Source: Callorhinchus milii
Taxonomy: Eukaryota
Direction: 5' to 3'
Length of the DNA: 64,000 nucleotides
Assembly: GCF_018977255.1 (NCBI RefSeq)
Contig: NW_024704742.1
Coordinates: 31,498,001-31,562,000 of the forward strand
In this document: one piece after another, positions 52,044-64,000 of the stretch
How positions within the stretch are numbered: the stretch's first letter is position 1
Layout: the number at the start of each line of letters is the position of its first letter
Translations under genes and position numbers: made by a program
The notes under the pieces: generated by a model
Seen by the model: only the letters and a program-made list of their open reading frames with translations
What the model was told of the DNA's origin: nothing
Database searches by the model: none

Positions 52044-52292
52044 TTTATATAGCTGGGAAGGCTGTAGGATGGGGGGACAAAATGCCAGGCTGTAGTTTGA
52101 GTGGTGCCCAGTCACCCTGGGGAGAACGGTGCATCTCGCAAGCAGCTACCAGCTGGTCGAAAAGTACTCCTTACATGGAAACATTGAGCCAGACGGCAAA
52201 TGGGTCTCCAGTGACCACCGTTTATATTTTGAAACCTTTTAAAGGATCAGCACATGATGCAAACCTGTTCTGATATTTCAGACTAAATTTAA
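52044..52292 (-). promoter_or_regulatory. Muscle-type promoter of myl5
   Basis: TATATAAA (52044-52051), E-boxes CAGCTG (52150-52155) and CAAATG (52197-52202), CArG-like CCTTACATGG (52169-52178), MEF2-type CTAAATTTAA (52283-52292). Confidence 0.7.
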
Positions 52293-52999
52293 TTAATTCC
52301 ACAGGGGATGACTTAACGCTCAAAGAAGTTAGCAAGTTAGAGTCGGACATCGTTTTGACAGGAACCTTGTCACTACAAACTGAACTTCATAGCCCACCTT
52401 TGGATCTAAATAAGTTAAACGTTAAACATTTTTTAGCTAATGTCCATCTGAAAAAGATAATAATCCTTGCACTTGATATAGCGCTTTATCATGTCATTGA
52501 GACGTCGCAAAGCACTTCACAGAATGTAAAGTGGATTGACTCTGTAATTTAATTTAAATGACAATCACTTAATACATTTTCAGTTAAAAGCTTACTTTTA
52601 AGGACAATGTCCAAATTGCCTTAAAAAAATCTGTTGAATTGTTGCGAAAACATTTGCACTATTGGGTATATGATGAAAATTTCAGTCAATGTGTATTTTG
52701 AATTTGTAACAAATAACCATTCCACTGTGGGAGACGTGGAACATTGTAGTGAAAATAGACAGTAAATAGTCTGGGTAAGCTGAAGCATTTGTTCGATGAA
52801 AATATTAAACAACATCATCTCACTCTCTGTAAATGACCAATATGATGAAACGCGTGTATAAATTTTGGGTGAAAAAAATACCTTCCCTTAGCTATCAACT
52901 CAAGGCTTACAGTTTCCCTGTCAGCTTTATGAACACCATCTTCCTTCAACCTGGACCTAAGAAGGACAACATGTGATGTGCCAGCCTCCTTGATGATCT

Positions 53000-53490
53000 A
53001 GAGGTCCCACAAATCCATTTCACAGCTCGGTCCTGGATGTCGAATATAAGCCAAAGGAATTGCTTCTGTTGCATGCCTAAGAGCTCCAAACTGTGATGGA
53101 GTACTGTTCAGATAAACATTTTGTAAAGCACGAGCGTTAGGATTTTGCTATCATTAAAAAGAAGTGAGAATGACCAGTTTGCTCTTCCAATCTATTCTTT
53201 CGAGGAGCACCCTTCTCCTCAAGTTGTGCAGAGCTATAATAACCCATTTGGGGATATCACCACCATGTACCATCAATGAGCTGGTATTCAAAATGGTGAG
53301 TGCAGTGCACAAGGTTCCTGGGCAAGTCCATAAAGATCACAATCTCATCTGCAAGCAGAAGCACTGCAATTCTCTTGTCACAGACACTCTATGTCCTTCT
53401 CTATATTACTCTATGCTATTTAAATTGAACAGGTTGAATGACAGTGGACAACCTTGCCTTACCTCTCTTTAAACAGAGAAAGGCTAGACC
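53000..53490 (-). mobile_element. Old non-LTR retrotransposon RT fragment (clade uncertain)
   Basis: The minus strand reads VRQGCPLSFNLFNL and KRIAVLLLADEIVI, decayed RT motifs (QGxxLSPxLF and YADD). Confidence 0.65.
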
Positions 53491-53594
53491 CTTAATGATT
53501 ACATATGTTATTATATGTCAGCCTGATTTAGTTGGTAACACTCTTGCCTATGAATCAGAAGGTTGTGGCGTCAAGTCACACATTGGGACTTAAT

Positions 53595-53940
53595 AATAAT
53601 AATAATTCTTTCGTTTTATATAAAGCCTTATCATGTCATTGAGAAATTTCAAAATGCTTAACAGAATAAATTGTAAAGTGGAATAACTGTGCATTTGGTG
53701 GGCTAAACACGCCAGCCAATTGTGCACAGCAGTGTCCTACATCAGTCTGAGTTGTGGATTGAATGACCAAATTGTAAAAAATTTTGGAGGGATTATTCCC
53801 AAAGAAAGTGATCCATCAATCGATTAACAACTGGATTCCTACTTAATGCTAAGTAAACAGATGTGTGGAGTAAGTAAACTTGCCTATGGTTTTGTCCTAC
53901 CCAGGAATCGAATCCGGGGCCTCTTGTTTGCAAGAGATTA
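53595..53940 (-). mobile_element. tRNA-derived SINE
   Basis: Reverse-complement match to the family. Confidence 0.82.
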
Positions 53941-56900
53941 CAGGCAACCAATATTTTCTTCTTTGTTGCAACAGGCAATAAAAAATAACCGAGAACATAA
54001 CATGTCCAAAGCTTTGCAACAGAAGCAAATCTCAAGCTTTATAGTGTCATCAAAATCCCAAAATTGTATTACAGCCCACGAGATACTCTTAATCTTTGTT
54101 TACTTTCTGTTAATGAGTTTACCTGTTAAGACTTTGAACATCCAAGATTTTTGAACTTTCCATTTACCACAACTTGTTTCCCTGCCACTGCACTCGTTTG
54201 TTGTGACATTTCTTTTATCCAAAACTTTAATTCTGCTGTCTGTCACTCAAGAGAATGTGGATGTCCAAGATTCAGCTAAGAATGAATGATTGATGGTGCA
54301 CTTTCGACTGCTGTGATTCCACCTGAGTACTTAACCCCCTCACAATGAATTCCGTTCATGGGCAGTGCATCCTGAAGTGAATTCGAGATACCCTCAGTGC
54401 TTGCAATGGAAGCAGAGGATTTCTCTCCTGAATGCAATTTGGTGCCCTGGCCTGTTCAGGCAGAAAGACCAGAATTGAATTAGACAAGCAACTGAGGCAT
54501 CGCAAACACACACAAAAAGTAATCTTGATTCATCATTTTGTCATAAACCCTGTAATACATAAAAATATCCATCCTTCCAGCAACTGTTTGTTACTTTTGG
54601 GAGCACAGATTGGAAATTCCGAAGACTAAATCCTAATCTTCCTTATTCAAGTTGTCCTGTGTAAAGATAACACAACTTTGCAAAACTACTGCAAAATAAC
54701 ATATAGATAATATATTTAATATGATATGATTTCCAAAGTTCAGTAGTTCACCCTGGCTCATATATATTATATATACATACAAACATGCATAAAAAATATA
54801 TACTGTATAAGAAACAGCTTTTTTAAAAAAAATCTGCCCCCAAATCTGTTTCCCTTAAGGCATCCGAGTTGAATTTGGGTCCTGAATCTCTATCGGTATT
54901 GCAGTTCTGTCGCATGTAAGAGAGTGGACATATGTCTGTGGAGAGGAGAGTCGAAAGTGTTTCATATTGGCACACATTCATCACCATGAGCAAATGGAAT
55001 TGAAAAGGCAGTATTGAATGATTCAAAATGGATTTATAAATATTTAATCCTGCTGGTAACGAAACCTGTGTCATCCAGGTTCCTAATTAAGGCTGCAATT
55101 AAGAATTTTTCTATTCTGCAAGATTTTTTTTTAAATTATTAGTTTCACAGGCAGGAAGTGAAATTTCAGGCCTCTACCGTTTAACTAGAATACCTGAGTT
55201 TGAATCCAAATCTTGAATAACATTCCCTTCCTAGGGACGAGGCCAACTTTGAAAAGGCAAACTGGATAAGCTGTCTTAAATGGAAGAAGGCACTCTGATT
55301 TTTGAGCATACTTCTCTGTGAATCAATTTACAATCAGTATTATGTTCGCAGGGTATTATGAAACTTGAGATAGTCTTAAGCTGAATTGTCCTGATCTTCA
55401 AATCATTTTGTGGCACTCATGCTTCTGAGTCAGAAGATTGGGAGTTTAAGTCCCGCATCAGACTTTAAATTAAATTCAAATTCCTTGCATTTGATATACA
55501 GCCTTTGACATCAGAAGGATGTCTCAAAGTGTTTTACAGGATTTAATATAATGTGTAGTGACTGTGTATTTTGTTAAAGATACGATGGCACTAATCAAAA
55601 AGTGTTTCTTCTGCTGTTCTAGCCATCAACCACAGTGATAAAATGCATCACTTGCTACGTTGTTCTTTGTGGGACATTGCTGTGTAAAATATTTAAAGAA
55701 TGACAGACTTAGTAAGCCATGCAGAAAAGTGTTTCACTGAGAAGCACTTTCAAAATCTGTATAACTTGGCGAAGCACAGAGAATGATGGGAGTGTCCAAC
55801 TGCAAAAGCTAAAAGTAGATCCTGATGGGCTGATTACATCCCAGAGAGAATATCACTCAATGCAAAGGAGGAGTTCTATTTACACGGACAGCTGAGCCAT
55901 CACCATTGATTCCCAGCAGGGCTGACTGAGCTTAATGATTATATTTGGCCCAAACTCTTGAGTTCAAAATCCCCCCTGCAAAATATATTTTTTTCTGAAA
56001 TGCACTTATCTCTTGACAGATTCAGTCACTGCTGACAGTTTCAATGTTACTGTGTATTTTTTTAAATGATTTGTCCAACTCATTATGCAGCATCGCTATC
56101 TACAATGATTTAGTGCTGTAGTTAACTAATAGGTTGGCTTAAACATGTAATTCAGAGCTTGATGGTGAAATATATACCTGCTTTCTAACGTGTTCTATGT
56201 AATGAAAAGCACAGAGCTATCACAAAATATGCTTTAAAACATGAGGCAAACAACACTGATGAAATGCCCCAAGAGTTGCTTTAGTATTCATACTCCAAGT
56301 ACACTGGTGGGTGGGAAACGAAAAACCATCCCTATTTTCTCAAGACCATCTAATAGCGAGTTAACAGTGCAGCACTGTTTCCTGCATTATTGAGGTTGTC
56401 TACAAGCTTTGCTGTCTTATCTCAATGAGGATATTGTGGATGCAAGAAGCCGATATGGGAAAGAAATAGGATTCAGTAAGAAATAGGTTCAGCAATTAAA
56501 ACAGCATGGATTGGAGCAAGCAATGTGGTGCGGGCAAGGCAAAACTACCTGGTTTAGTCCCCACATTCTCTGCTGTTATGCTATTAATGTGCTCTTCTCC
56601 AATCACGCTTACTCAGTCCTTCCTTTGCCCATCTTCAACCATATTTCTCTTGATCTTAATTCCTTCAAAAAAAAATAATAAATTGGTCACCTCAATCCAC
56701 AACTGTTTGTGGGACACTGCTGTGCGCAATTGGCTGCCGCATTTCACCCACAAAATAAAATATAGTCAATTCACTTTACAGTATATTCTGTGAAGTGCTT
56801 TGAGACATCTCGAAGACGTGATAAGGCGCTATATCAAATGCAAGGATTATTATTATTATTATCTTGGCACATGCCCTTCCATCACCGCATCATTATCCAA

Positions 56901-58089
56901 GTCACATTTGCCAAGAAAAATTTGAATCATAGAATAAGTACAGTACAGAACAAGCCCCCTTGGTTTCTTATATCTATGCTAGCGCTTGCTCTCTACAGGA
57001 GCAAACTTATTCCTCTGGTCTTTCCTCATTTCCTATAATAATTTTCTCAATGTCTTTTCCAATTCCCGTTTTAAATCCTGTTATGTATTCAGCTTCAACA
57101 TCCAAGTATAGTGAAGCAAATGTGTTTGTGTGTTTGCTTACATAACAAAATGCATTCACTTGAAAGTTACCTCATTCTAGAAATGTTCTTTTACTTGAAA
57201 GGTGGGATATACAGTACATGTAGTTTGTTGTTCTAGTCTTTGAGTTATTCACTGACCATTCAGTTGAAACACCCTTTCTTTGTACCTTATCAAAAATCAT
57301 TTTGAATTGTGAAAATATCTGCATGTCAAAAGATGTTCTAATACTATTGAAAAAGGAATTTTGCTCACAAAATACAGTCACTCCAGTTTACAGTATATCC
57401 TGTGAAGAGCTTTGAGACGTCTCAACAATGTGATAAGGTGCTATAAGAAATGCAACGATATTATTATTATTTCTCCTTACGCTCTGACTAATACTCCCCA
57501 GATAGATAATCTGTTATATCAATGTTGGCTGTCGTGTTTGCCTAAAAATACAGTTATTACAATTGTTAGCAATTCCCTGTGAATTGTTTTGAGACACTTA
57601 ATTATTTTTGGGTCAGACTGGTGTCTAACACATGTGGAAACCTATCAGCACACTTAAGAAGTTCCAAACCAGACTGAGAGTCCCTTGTATGCCACATACA
57701 CATGGAAATTCTTGTGAGTGGAATGGAATATATGCTCTCTTACTGGAGGGATATCCTTGTTTACCTTATCCAAGAGAATATTTTAAATGCAAGTTGGCAA
57801 GAGCCAAGGCTTGGGAACGCCAGTGTATGTGATGAAGTACTGCTAAAACCACAGAGCTTGCCATATTCCCACATTAAAGGCACCACAAGTGTATCAAATG
57901 CAAGGATTATTAGATTCCCCCTTAACCTTCTCTATAATAATTAATAACATCAATTTTTACATCTTTGCAGATGGCTTAACCCGTTATCGTCCAAGTGAAT
58001 CTCTGCTTTCTCCACGTTCTCCATATCTATCAGATCTTTTATATAACTAGGTACTTAACACTGGATGTAAAATTACACCTAATTAAAAT

Positions 58090-58310
58090 AATGAAAAATG
58101 GATGATGTTCCCTTTGGTAGAGGAATCCATTACAAGGGGGCCTAGCCTTAAAATCACAGCCAAGACAACAAGAACCAAATTCAGAAAGAATTCCTTCATG
58201 TAAAGGGTTGTGAAAATGTGGAATGCTCTGCCTCAGGAAGATGTAGAGGTGGAATCAATAGGGATGCTTAGAAGAGATGTAGACAGATACCTAGAGGTAT
58301 TAAGGACTAC
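58090..58310 (+). mobile_element. CR1 LINE 3' fragment
   Basis: ACAAGGGGG...AGAAAGAATTCCTTCATG...GGGTTGTGAAAATGTGGAATGCTCTGCCTCAG, a decayed CR1 C-terminal coding region. Similar pieces lie near 5070-5300 and 63340-63760. Confidence 0.7.
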
Positions 58311-59237
58311 AACAAAATAACGGGGCACCGGAATTAAAAAATCTATCATCATAATAAACCATGCATTTGATATAGCACCTTACCACATCACGGCGACTTC
58401 TTAAAGATCTTCACAAGATTTACTGTAAAGTGTGTGTTTTGTGGGCAAGTACGCAATAAACTAGTGATCTAATAAACTGGTGGAAGAGGCTGGCCTCCTC
58501 CAACGTTCCTATGAGTGCAATCTAACTGATTTTCTGTACAATAAAGAGCAGGTTATGAACAAGAACAACAACTTGTATTTATATAGCGCCCTTCACGCGG
58601 GGCAGCTTCCTGGAACGCTTAATCCATAGGTTTGGATGCTGCCGACCCTGACCTTGCTCCAGCACAGTGTACCCTGAAACCAACACTCACTCCACTAATC
58701 TCACTCACAGCCAGGGATTGACTGAAATTAAAATGCATTTGTAGCCTAAAGTCAACCAAACACAAACTTAAAAGTAGCCAATGTTATGTGTCGCCGACTA
58801 CAGGGTGACCAAAAAGTCGTGATACCATCATAATGTCTAATAAGACTTAAAGAAATGATGATATACTTATTTAGATAATGGGGTAGCTGAAAAGTAAGAC
58901 TTTTTGGTCTGTATAAGAGTAGCAGAGTGGGTCCATTTCAGTCAGCGTTTTTGAAACTGTGTAAGAAAAGGTCTTCAAAGCAGAAAAAAACTGTTTGTAA
59001 TCCTTATAATAGTAATCCTTGCATTTGATATAGCGATTTTCACGTCTGCTGGACATTTCACAAAGCGCTTCACAGCATATACTGTAAAGTGAATTGACTG
59101 TATATTTGTGGGTGAAATTCGACAGCCAATTGCGCACAGCAGTGTCCCAGGTTTGCAGGTTTAAAAAAAAATCTTAAAAGATCAGTCAGTCGCCTAAAGC
59201 CGAAGCCAGTTTTTCACGCACAGTAATAACAAACAGA

Positions 59238-59890
59238 GCGGTTAGAGCGCTCGCCGCGCAAGCGAGAGGACCCGGGTTCGATTCCCGGGCCGGGCGGGAC
59301 GTTGGCCAAGTTCCCTTACTCCACACCCCTCTGTTTACCAGCAGTAAACAGGAACCCGGTTGTTAGTCGATTGGCGGATCACTTTTCCAGAGGTAATAAC
59401 TCCTGCAAAAAAATAACCACAAAAATAATAAATTGGTCATTTTCAACCCGCGACTGTTTGTGGGAACGCTGCCTGTGAGCAATTGGCCGCCGCGTTTCGC
59501 CCACAAGATAATAATAATAATAATAATAATCCTTGCATTTGATATAGCGCTTTTCACGTCGGGAGGACGTCCCAAAGCGCTTCACAGAACACACTGTAAA
59601 GTGAATTGACTGTATATTTGTGGGCGAACGCGGCAGCCAATTGCGCACAGCAATGTCCCACAAACAGTCGTAGATTGAAAAATGACCAATTTATTATTGT
59701 TTTGGGTTTTGGAGGGATTATTATTAGGCTCTGTGTGGAGTAAGGAAACTTGCCCAAGGTTTCGCCCTCTGCCTGGAATTGAACTCAAGATATACGGTCG
59801 ATTCACTTTACGGTATATTCTGTGAAGCGCTTTGAGACGTCTCGAAGTCGTGATAAGGCGCTATATCAAATGCAAGGATTATTATTATTA
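59238..59890. mobile_element. Cluster of three tRNA-SINE pieces (+ 59238-59505, - 59508-59787, + tail 59800-59890)
   Basis: CpG-rich copies of the same family immediately upstream of the atp5me CpG island. Confidence 0.88.
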
Positions 59891-59924
59891 TACCAAATGC
59901 AAGGATTTTAGGGTGACTATTAAA

Positions 59925-60830
59925 TAAACCCGCCCAATTGGGCGTGAACCCGCCCAATCCTGCTCCCATCTTGACCGTACACGCGCAGTCACGAGTGGGG
60001 CTCACCTCGGCGGGAGGGCGCACGGCTCCTCGCGTCGACGCGATGACGCTAAGCGGCGGCGGCGTGGTGACGTTGAGCCGGGGGGGCGGGGGTTTCGGCG
60101 GCGGCGTGGTGACGTTGAGCCGGTGGGGGGGGGGTTCGGCGGCGGCGTGGTGACGTTGAGCCGGGGGGGGGTTCGGGCGGGGGGCGGGGGGGGGGGTTCG
60201 GCGGCGGCGTGGTGACGTTGAGCCGAGGTCTCGCGACGGCAGCGGCGTCAGTTGTTCGGGGGCGGCTCGCGAGTGGCGGTTGAGATGGTTCCTCCGGTAC
60301 AGGTGTCGCCTCTGATCAAGGTACGAGAGAGAGGGAGAGGGAGAGAGGGCACCGGTCAACCAACCGACCAACCAACCGCCAGCCACAGCGGCTGCCCCCT
60401 CCCCTCCCCTCCCCGCCGCCAGCCTTCCCTCCCGGGCACTGCCTCGCGGTCAGCGGTCGGGCCTACTGCAGCCTGCGTTGAGGTCAAAGCGGGGACCTTG
60501 ACAACCGAGACCGCCGCAGAGGTGCGGCCTGCGGGGAGCCCCGGCCTGGCCTGGGCCTGGGCCTGGCCTGGCTGACGCGGAGGACTATGAGCCCTCCCCA
60601 CCCCCCACCCCCAGTGTCCGGTTCACCTTCCCCGGGTGGTTCCCGGCCCGTGCCCGCTGGATGGAGGCCCCCCCCCCTCCCCCCCAGGGCTTCTCGCACT
60701 TCGCTCGTTTCTCTTTCTGTTCGGGCGTCGCCTCCCCTTAAAGAGTATTCCTGAAGCAGCTGAGATTTCCAGGCATCCCGCATCACCTTCGGGCAGCGCC
60801 TGTCACTCTGGCGGGACGTCCCAAGGCGCT
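59925..60830. promoter_or_regulatory. CpG-island promoter of atp5me
   Basis: Extremely GC/CpG-rich. Contains GC-box/CCAAT composites CCCGCCCAAT at 59929 and 59949, TGACGT repeats, and CGCG elements at 60229-60236 and 60266-60273. Confidence 0.85.
60285..60320 (+). CDS. atp5me: ATP synthase membrane subunit e, coding exon 1 (partial gene)
   Basis: GAG-ATG-G start encoding MVPPVQVSPLIK, the N-terminus of vertebrate ATP5ME/ATP5I. It is followed by donor AAG|GTACGA, lies in a CpG island and is divergent from myl5 as in human. No later exons were found in the window. Confidence 0.93.
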
Positions 60831-61462
60831 GGAAATAACAACAACAACGACGACAGCTTGCACTTACATGGCGCCCTCCACGCAGGGTAACCTCTCAGAG
60901 TGCATCACAGTGGCGGAGGTTGACTCCGAGCCGGCGGCAGTGTGGGGGTTGGGTGGGCGGGGAGGGGGGGGGAAGGTGCCCGTAAGCACAGTCGAAGAGG
61001 AATTGTACATGGAAATCCCAGTGCTGGATTGTTGGAATGGGATGCGCACTCTCTCCCGGTGGGGTGGGGGGTGGGGGGGGGGGGGAACGCTTCCTGCTGA
61101 CGCAGTTCCAGAAAGTATTAGGTGCAGGTTGGCAAGAGCCAAGGCTTAGGGAGCCCAGAATGTGCGCTGGGGTACTGCTGGAGTCTTTCACCAGCTAAAA
61201 CCGCGTAGGTTTGCCATTGATATCGCTTTCTGGCAAGCGGGAACGCTGCTTGTCCAGCCCGGTCCGCCCAAGCAGTTAGGGCTTTGGCTTGCGGGGTGAA
61301 CAGGAGCTGAGGGGGTTGATTCTGTGCATCCCAGTGACTAGTCTGGTCTGCCAAGTCCTGTCTATGAACCAAGGATGGCTATGTTGTCATCAGCAGTGCC
61401 CTGGAATACAGCCGGACTCAGGTAGTGGACCACAAGGCTGTCTTGATTCCGTTACCAAACAT

Positions 61463-61780
61463 GGAGTCCTGTAGCTCAGTGGTTAGAGCACTCGCTTTGC
61501 AAGTGAGAGACCTGAGTTCAATTCCAGGCAGAGGGCGAAACCTTGGGCAAGTTTCCTTACTCCACACAGAGCCTAATAATAATCCCTCCAAAAACCAAAA
61601 ACAATAATAAATTGGTCATTTTCAATCTACGACTGTTTGTGGGACATTGCTGTGCGCATTTGGCTGCCGCGTTCGCCCACAAATATACAGTCAATTCACT
61701 TTACTGTGTGTTCTGTGAAGCGCTTTGGGACATCCTCCTGATGTGAAAAGCCCTATATCAAATGCAAGGATTATTATTAT
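61463..61780 (+). mobile_element. tRNA-SINE, internally deleted variant, in atp5me intron 1
   Basis: Head GGAGTCCTGTAGCTCAGTGGTTAGAGC. Lacks the CTGTTTACC...GGATCGC segment. Ends in a TTA tail. Confidence 0.9.
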
Positions 61781-62009
61781 TGTTATGTCACTTTGGAGCC
61801 AGCGCATCTCCAAGGAGGCTCTACCAACAACCCCCCACCAGGAAGATAGTCACTCATTGACATCCGCAGGTTTGAGCCCTCACTGGTGATGGCTGCACTT
61901 GCTGCACACCCTTTTGAGGGACGTTGATGAGTGCATATGGGCTACACATTGGCCTAGAAAACACATAGTCCTATAGTTTAGTAGTTAGAGCACTCGCAAG
62001 CAAGATCAT

Positions 62010-63192
62010 GCCATCCTACTCCCCCGCCTTTCCTCCGTCATCCACCTCAGTGGGACCGCACTCATCTACTCGAGTCCTACCTCACGAACCGCCAGCAGTA
62101 CATCTGCACAAACGGCTTTTGCTACCGCTCTCACCGGTTACCTGTGGGGTACCCCAAGGATCCATCCTTAGCTCCATCCTTTTCCTAATCTACATGCTCC
62201 CTCTTGGGGATGTCATCCACAGACATGGGGTACACTTCCACATGTATGCGGACGACACTCAACTCTATTTTTCCACCTCACTTTGCGACCCCCAGTCCCT
62301 GATGATCTGTCAGCCTGCTGTCAGACATCAAGAGCTGGATGAGCATGAATTTCCTTCAGCTAAATGTTGACAAGACGGAAGCCATACTCTGGCTCTCGTC
62401 AGCATCTAAAATCGCATGGTTCTCACCTCCTCCACCTACCCGACCTCCCGCTAAAACTCTCCGAACCCGTACACAACCTGGGTGTCAGGTTTGACCTCCT
62501 TCCTCTCCCACATCCGATCCCTCACCAGCACCGCTTTCTTCCACCTCCGACGCATCGCCCATCTCCGCCAGTATCTCACTCCAAAAGCCACTGAAACCCT
62601 GGTCCATGCCTTGTCACTTCTCGTCTGGACTATTCTAACGCCCTCCTCGCCGGTCTCCCCTCCACTACCATTCATAAAATCCAGATCATCCAGAACTCTG
62701 CCGTCCGCATTCTCACCCGCACCAAACTCCGCTCCCCGATCACCCCGGTCCTTGCCAGACTGCACTGGCTGCCTGTCCCAGAGAGGATCGATTTCAAGAT
62801 CCTCACTCTTGTCTTCAAATTCCTCACTCTTGTCTTAAAATTCCTCCACTCCTCTGCATCCCCTAACTCTCTGACCTCTCTCCTCACAACAGTGCCCGGT
62901 GCCTTCACTCCACCGGATCTGGCCTCCTCTTTGTCCCCCGAATCCTCCGCTCCACCATCAGCGGCCGTGCCTTCAGCCACTATGCCCTGAAGCTCTGAAA
63001 CTCCTTTCCTCACTCCCTTCGCCTTGCCCCCTCTCTTCCTATTTTCAGATCTCGGCTGAAGGCCTGTCTTTTCGACCGCGCCTTTGGTCACCTTCTTCCC
63101 CCTCCCCCTGGCTCGGCCCCAGGATCCGTTACTGTGAAGCGCTCTGAGATGACATCCGGCGTGGAGGGCGTATATAAATCCAAGTTGTTGTT
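62010..63192 (+). mobile_element. L2-clade LINE, 5'-truncated, with frameshifted RT fragment and 3' end
   Basis: Encodes [25 protein letters not shown]...[10 protein letters not shown], then AFFHLRRIAHLRQYL and LHWLPV in other frames. The 3' end is TGTGAAGCGCTCTGAG...TATAAAT...GTTGTT. Confidence 0.92.
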
Positions 63193-64000
63193 TGATTCCT
63201 GGATAGGGCAATACGTTGGGCAAGTTTCCTTACTCCACTCTCCTCTGTTTACCTAGCAGTAAGTAGAAACTTGGCTGTTAGTTGTTTGGCAGATGACTCC
63301 TGGGATAATAACCCCTCAAAAAAAATAACAACTTTTCACTTCTTTCTCCCTATCCCCTAATACTTTTACCCGTTGGGTGCTTATCCAGTTCCCTTGAATG
63401 ACTTAATCCAGCTTCACTACCCGCTTCAAATAATGAATTCCGTGCCCAAACATCCTTCTGAGTGAAGAAATTCCCATATTTTTTCTCTGCCAATAATCTT
63501 AATTTGTCACTGATTCTCCAACTAAATTTTTTTTACTGTGTCATGCATATTCAGTATCATATTCTCTCTCAATCTTTTCTGCTTCAGTGGAAACGACCCC
63601 ATTTCAGCCAGCCTCCTTTCGTATGTATTAGGTCTCGTAACTGATATTTTTTTTGAACCTGTGCCACACCCTCTCCATTTCTCATATAATGTGAATCCCA
63701 AAACAGAATACAATACTTTTTAACTGAGGCCTAATCAATGTCCTAAACAATTCTTAAATAGTTTGTTTATGTATTATTTTCCCTTTCTCCCCAAATCCAT
63801 GTATTCCCAAACCTTGCTTTGATTTTTTAATATATATGTCAAATAATTTCAAATGTTCTCGTTTTGTGCCAGATTTGAGCCATGTTTCTTTTGAAGTATC
63901 GATAATTTTTCCTTTGAATTATTTTTAACAAGGTAATTATGACCTAAGTGTAAAAAAAAATTCTTGCACTTTAAACCTGAGCATTTCTTTTTTACAAGAG

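Noticed and set aside
59238..59300. tRNA-Ala-like sequences (also at 6418, 11163, 50408, 61463) as tRNA genes
   Set aside because: There is no paired acceptor stem and each continues into the SINE body, so these are SINE heads.
59808..61191. Long GC-rich ORFs around the atp5me CpG island
   Set aside because: They are low-complexity by-products of high GC content and tandem repeats. Only MVPPVQVSPLIK, bounded by a splice donor, is recognisable.
62008..63223. RT-like ORFs as a functional gene
   Set aside because: This is a 5'-truncated, frameshifted L2 LINE copy.

Overview
Vertebrate genomic DNA, most likely from a cartilaginous fish. The tRNA-SINE, Deu-SINE, L2, CR1 and Penelope repeats resemble those of holocephalans such as Callorhinchus; this is an inference. 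Three protein-coding genes can be built from splice-consistent exons. nkx6-1 is on the minus strand (3 coding exons, 340 aa, 20796-24701). A myosin regulatory light chain matching MYL5 is on the minus strand (7 coding exons, 173 aa, 48371-52000). The first coding exon of atp5me (ATP synthase subunit e) is on the plus strand at 60285-60320 inside a CpG island; I found no later exons in the window. The rest is repeat-rich intergenic DNA. Points of interest are the nkx6-1/myl5/atp5me linkage, a divergent CTCF-like motif pair between nkx6-1 and myl5, and a broad CpG-retaining domain with enhancer-like blocks around nkx6-1. Others are a near-identical inverted SINE pair bracketing the atp5me promoter, a CRE-like tandem repeat in that promoter, a palindromic Penelope-type element with a decayed hammerhead-ribozyme core, and two dispersed repeat families I cannot name. 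I found no firm evidence for a wholly new biological system. All motif and repeat calls were made by eye, without database searches.
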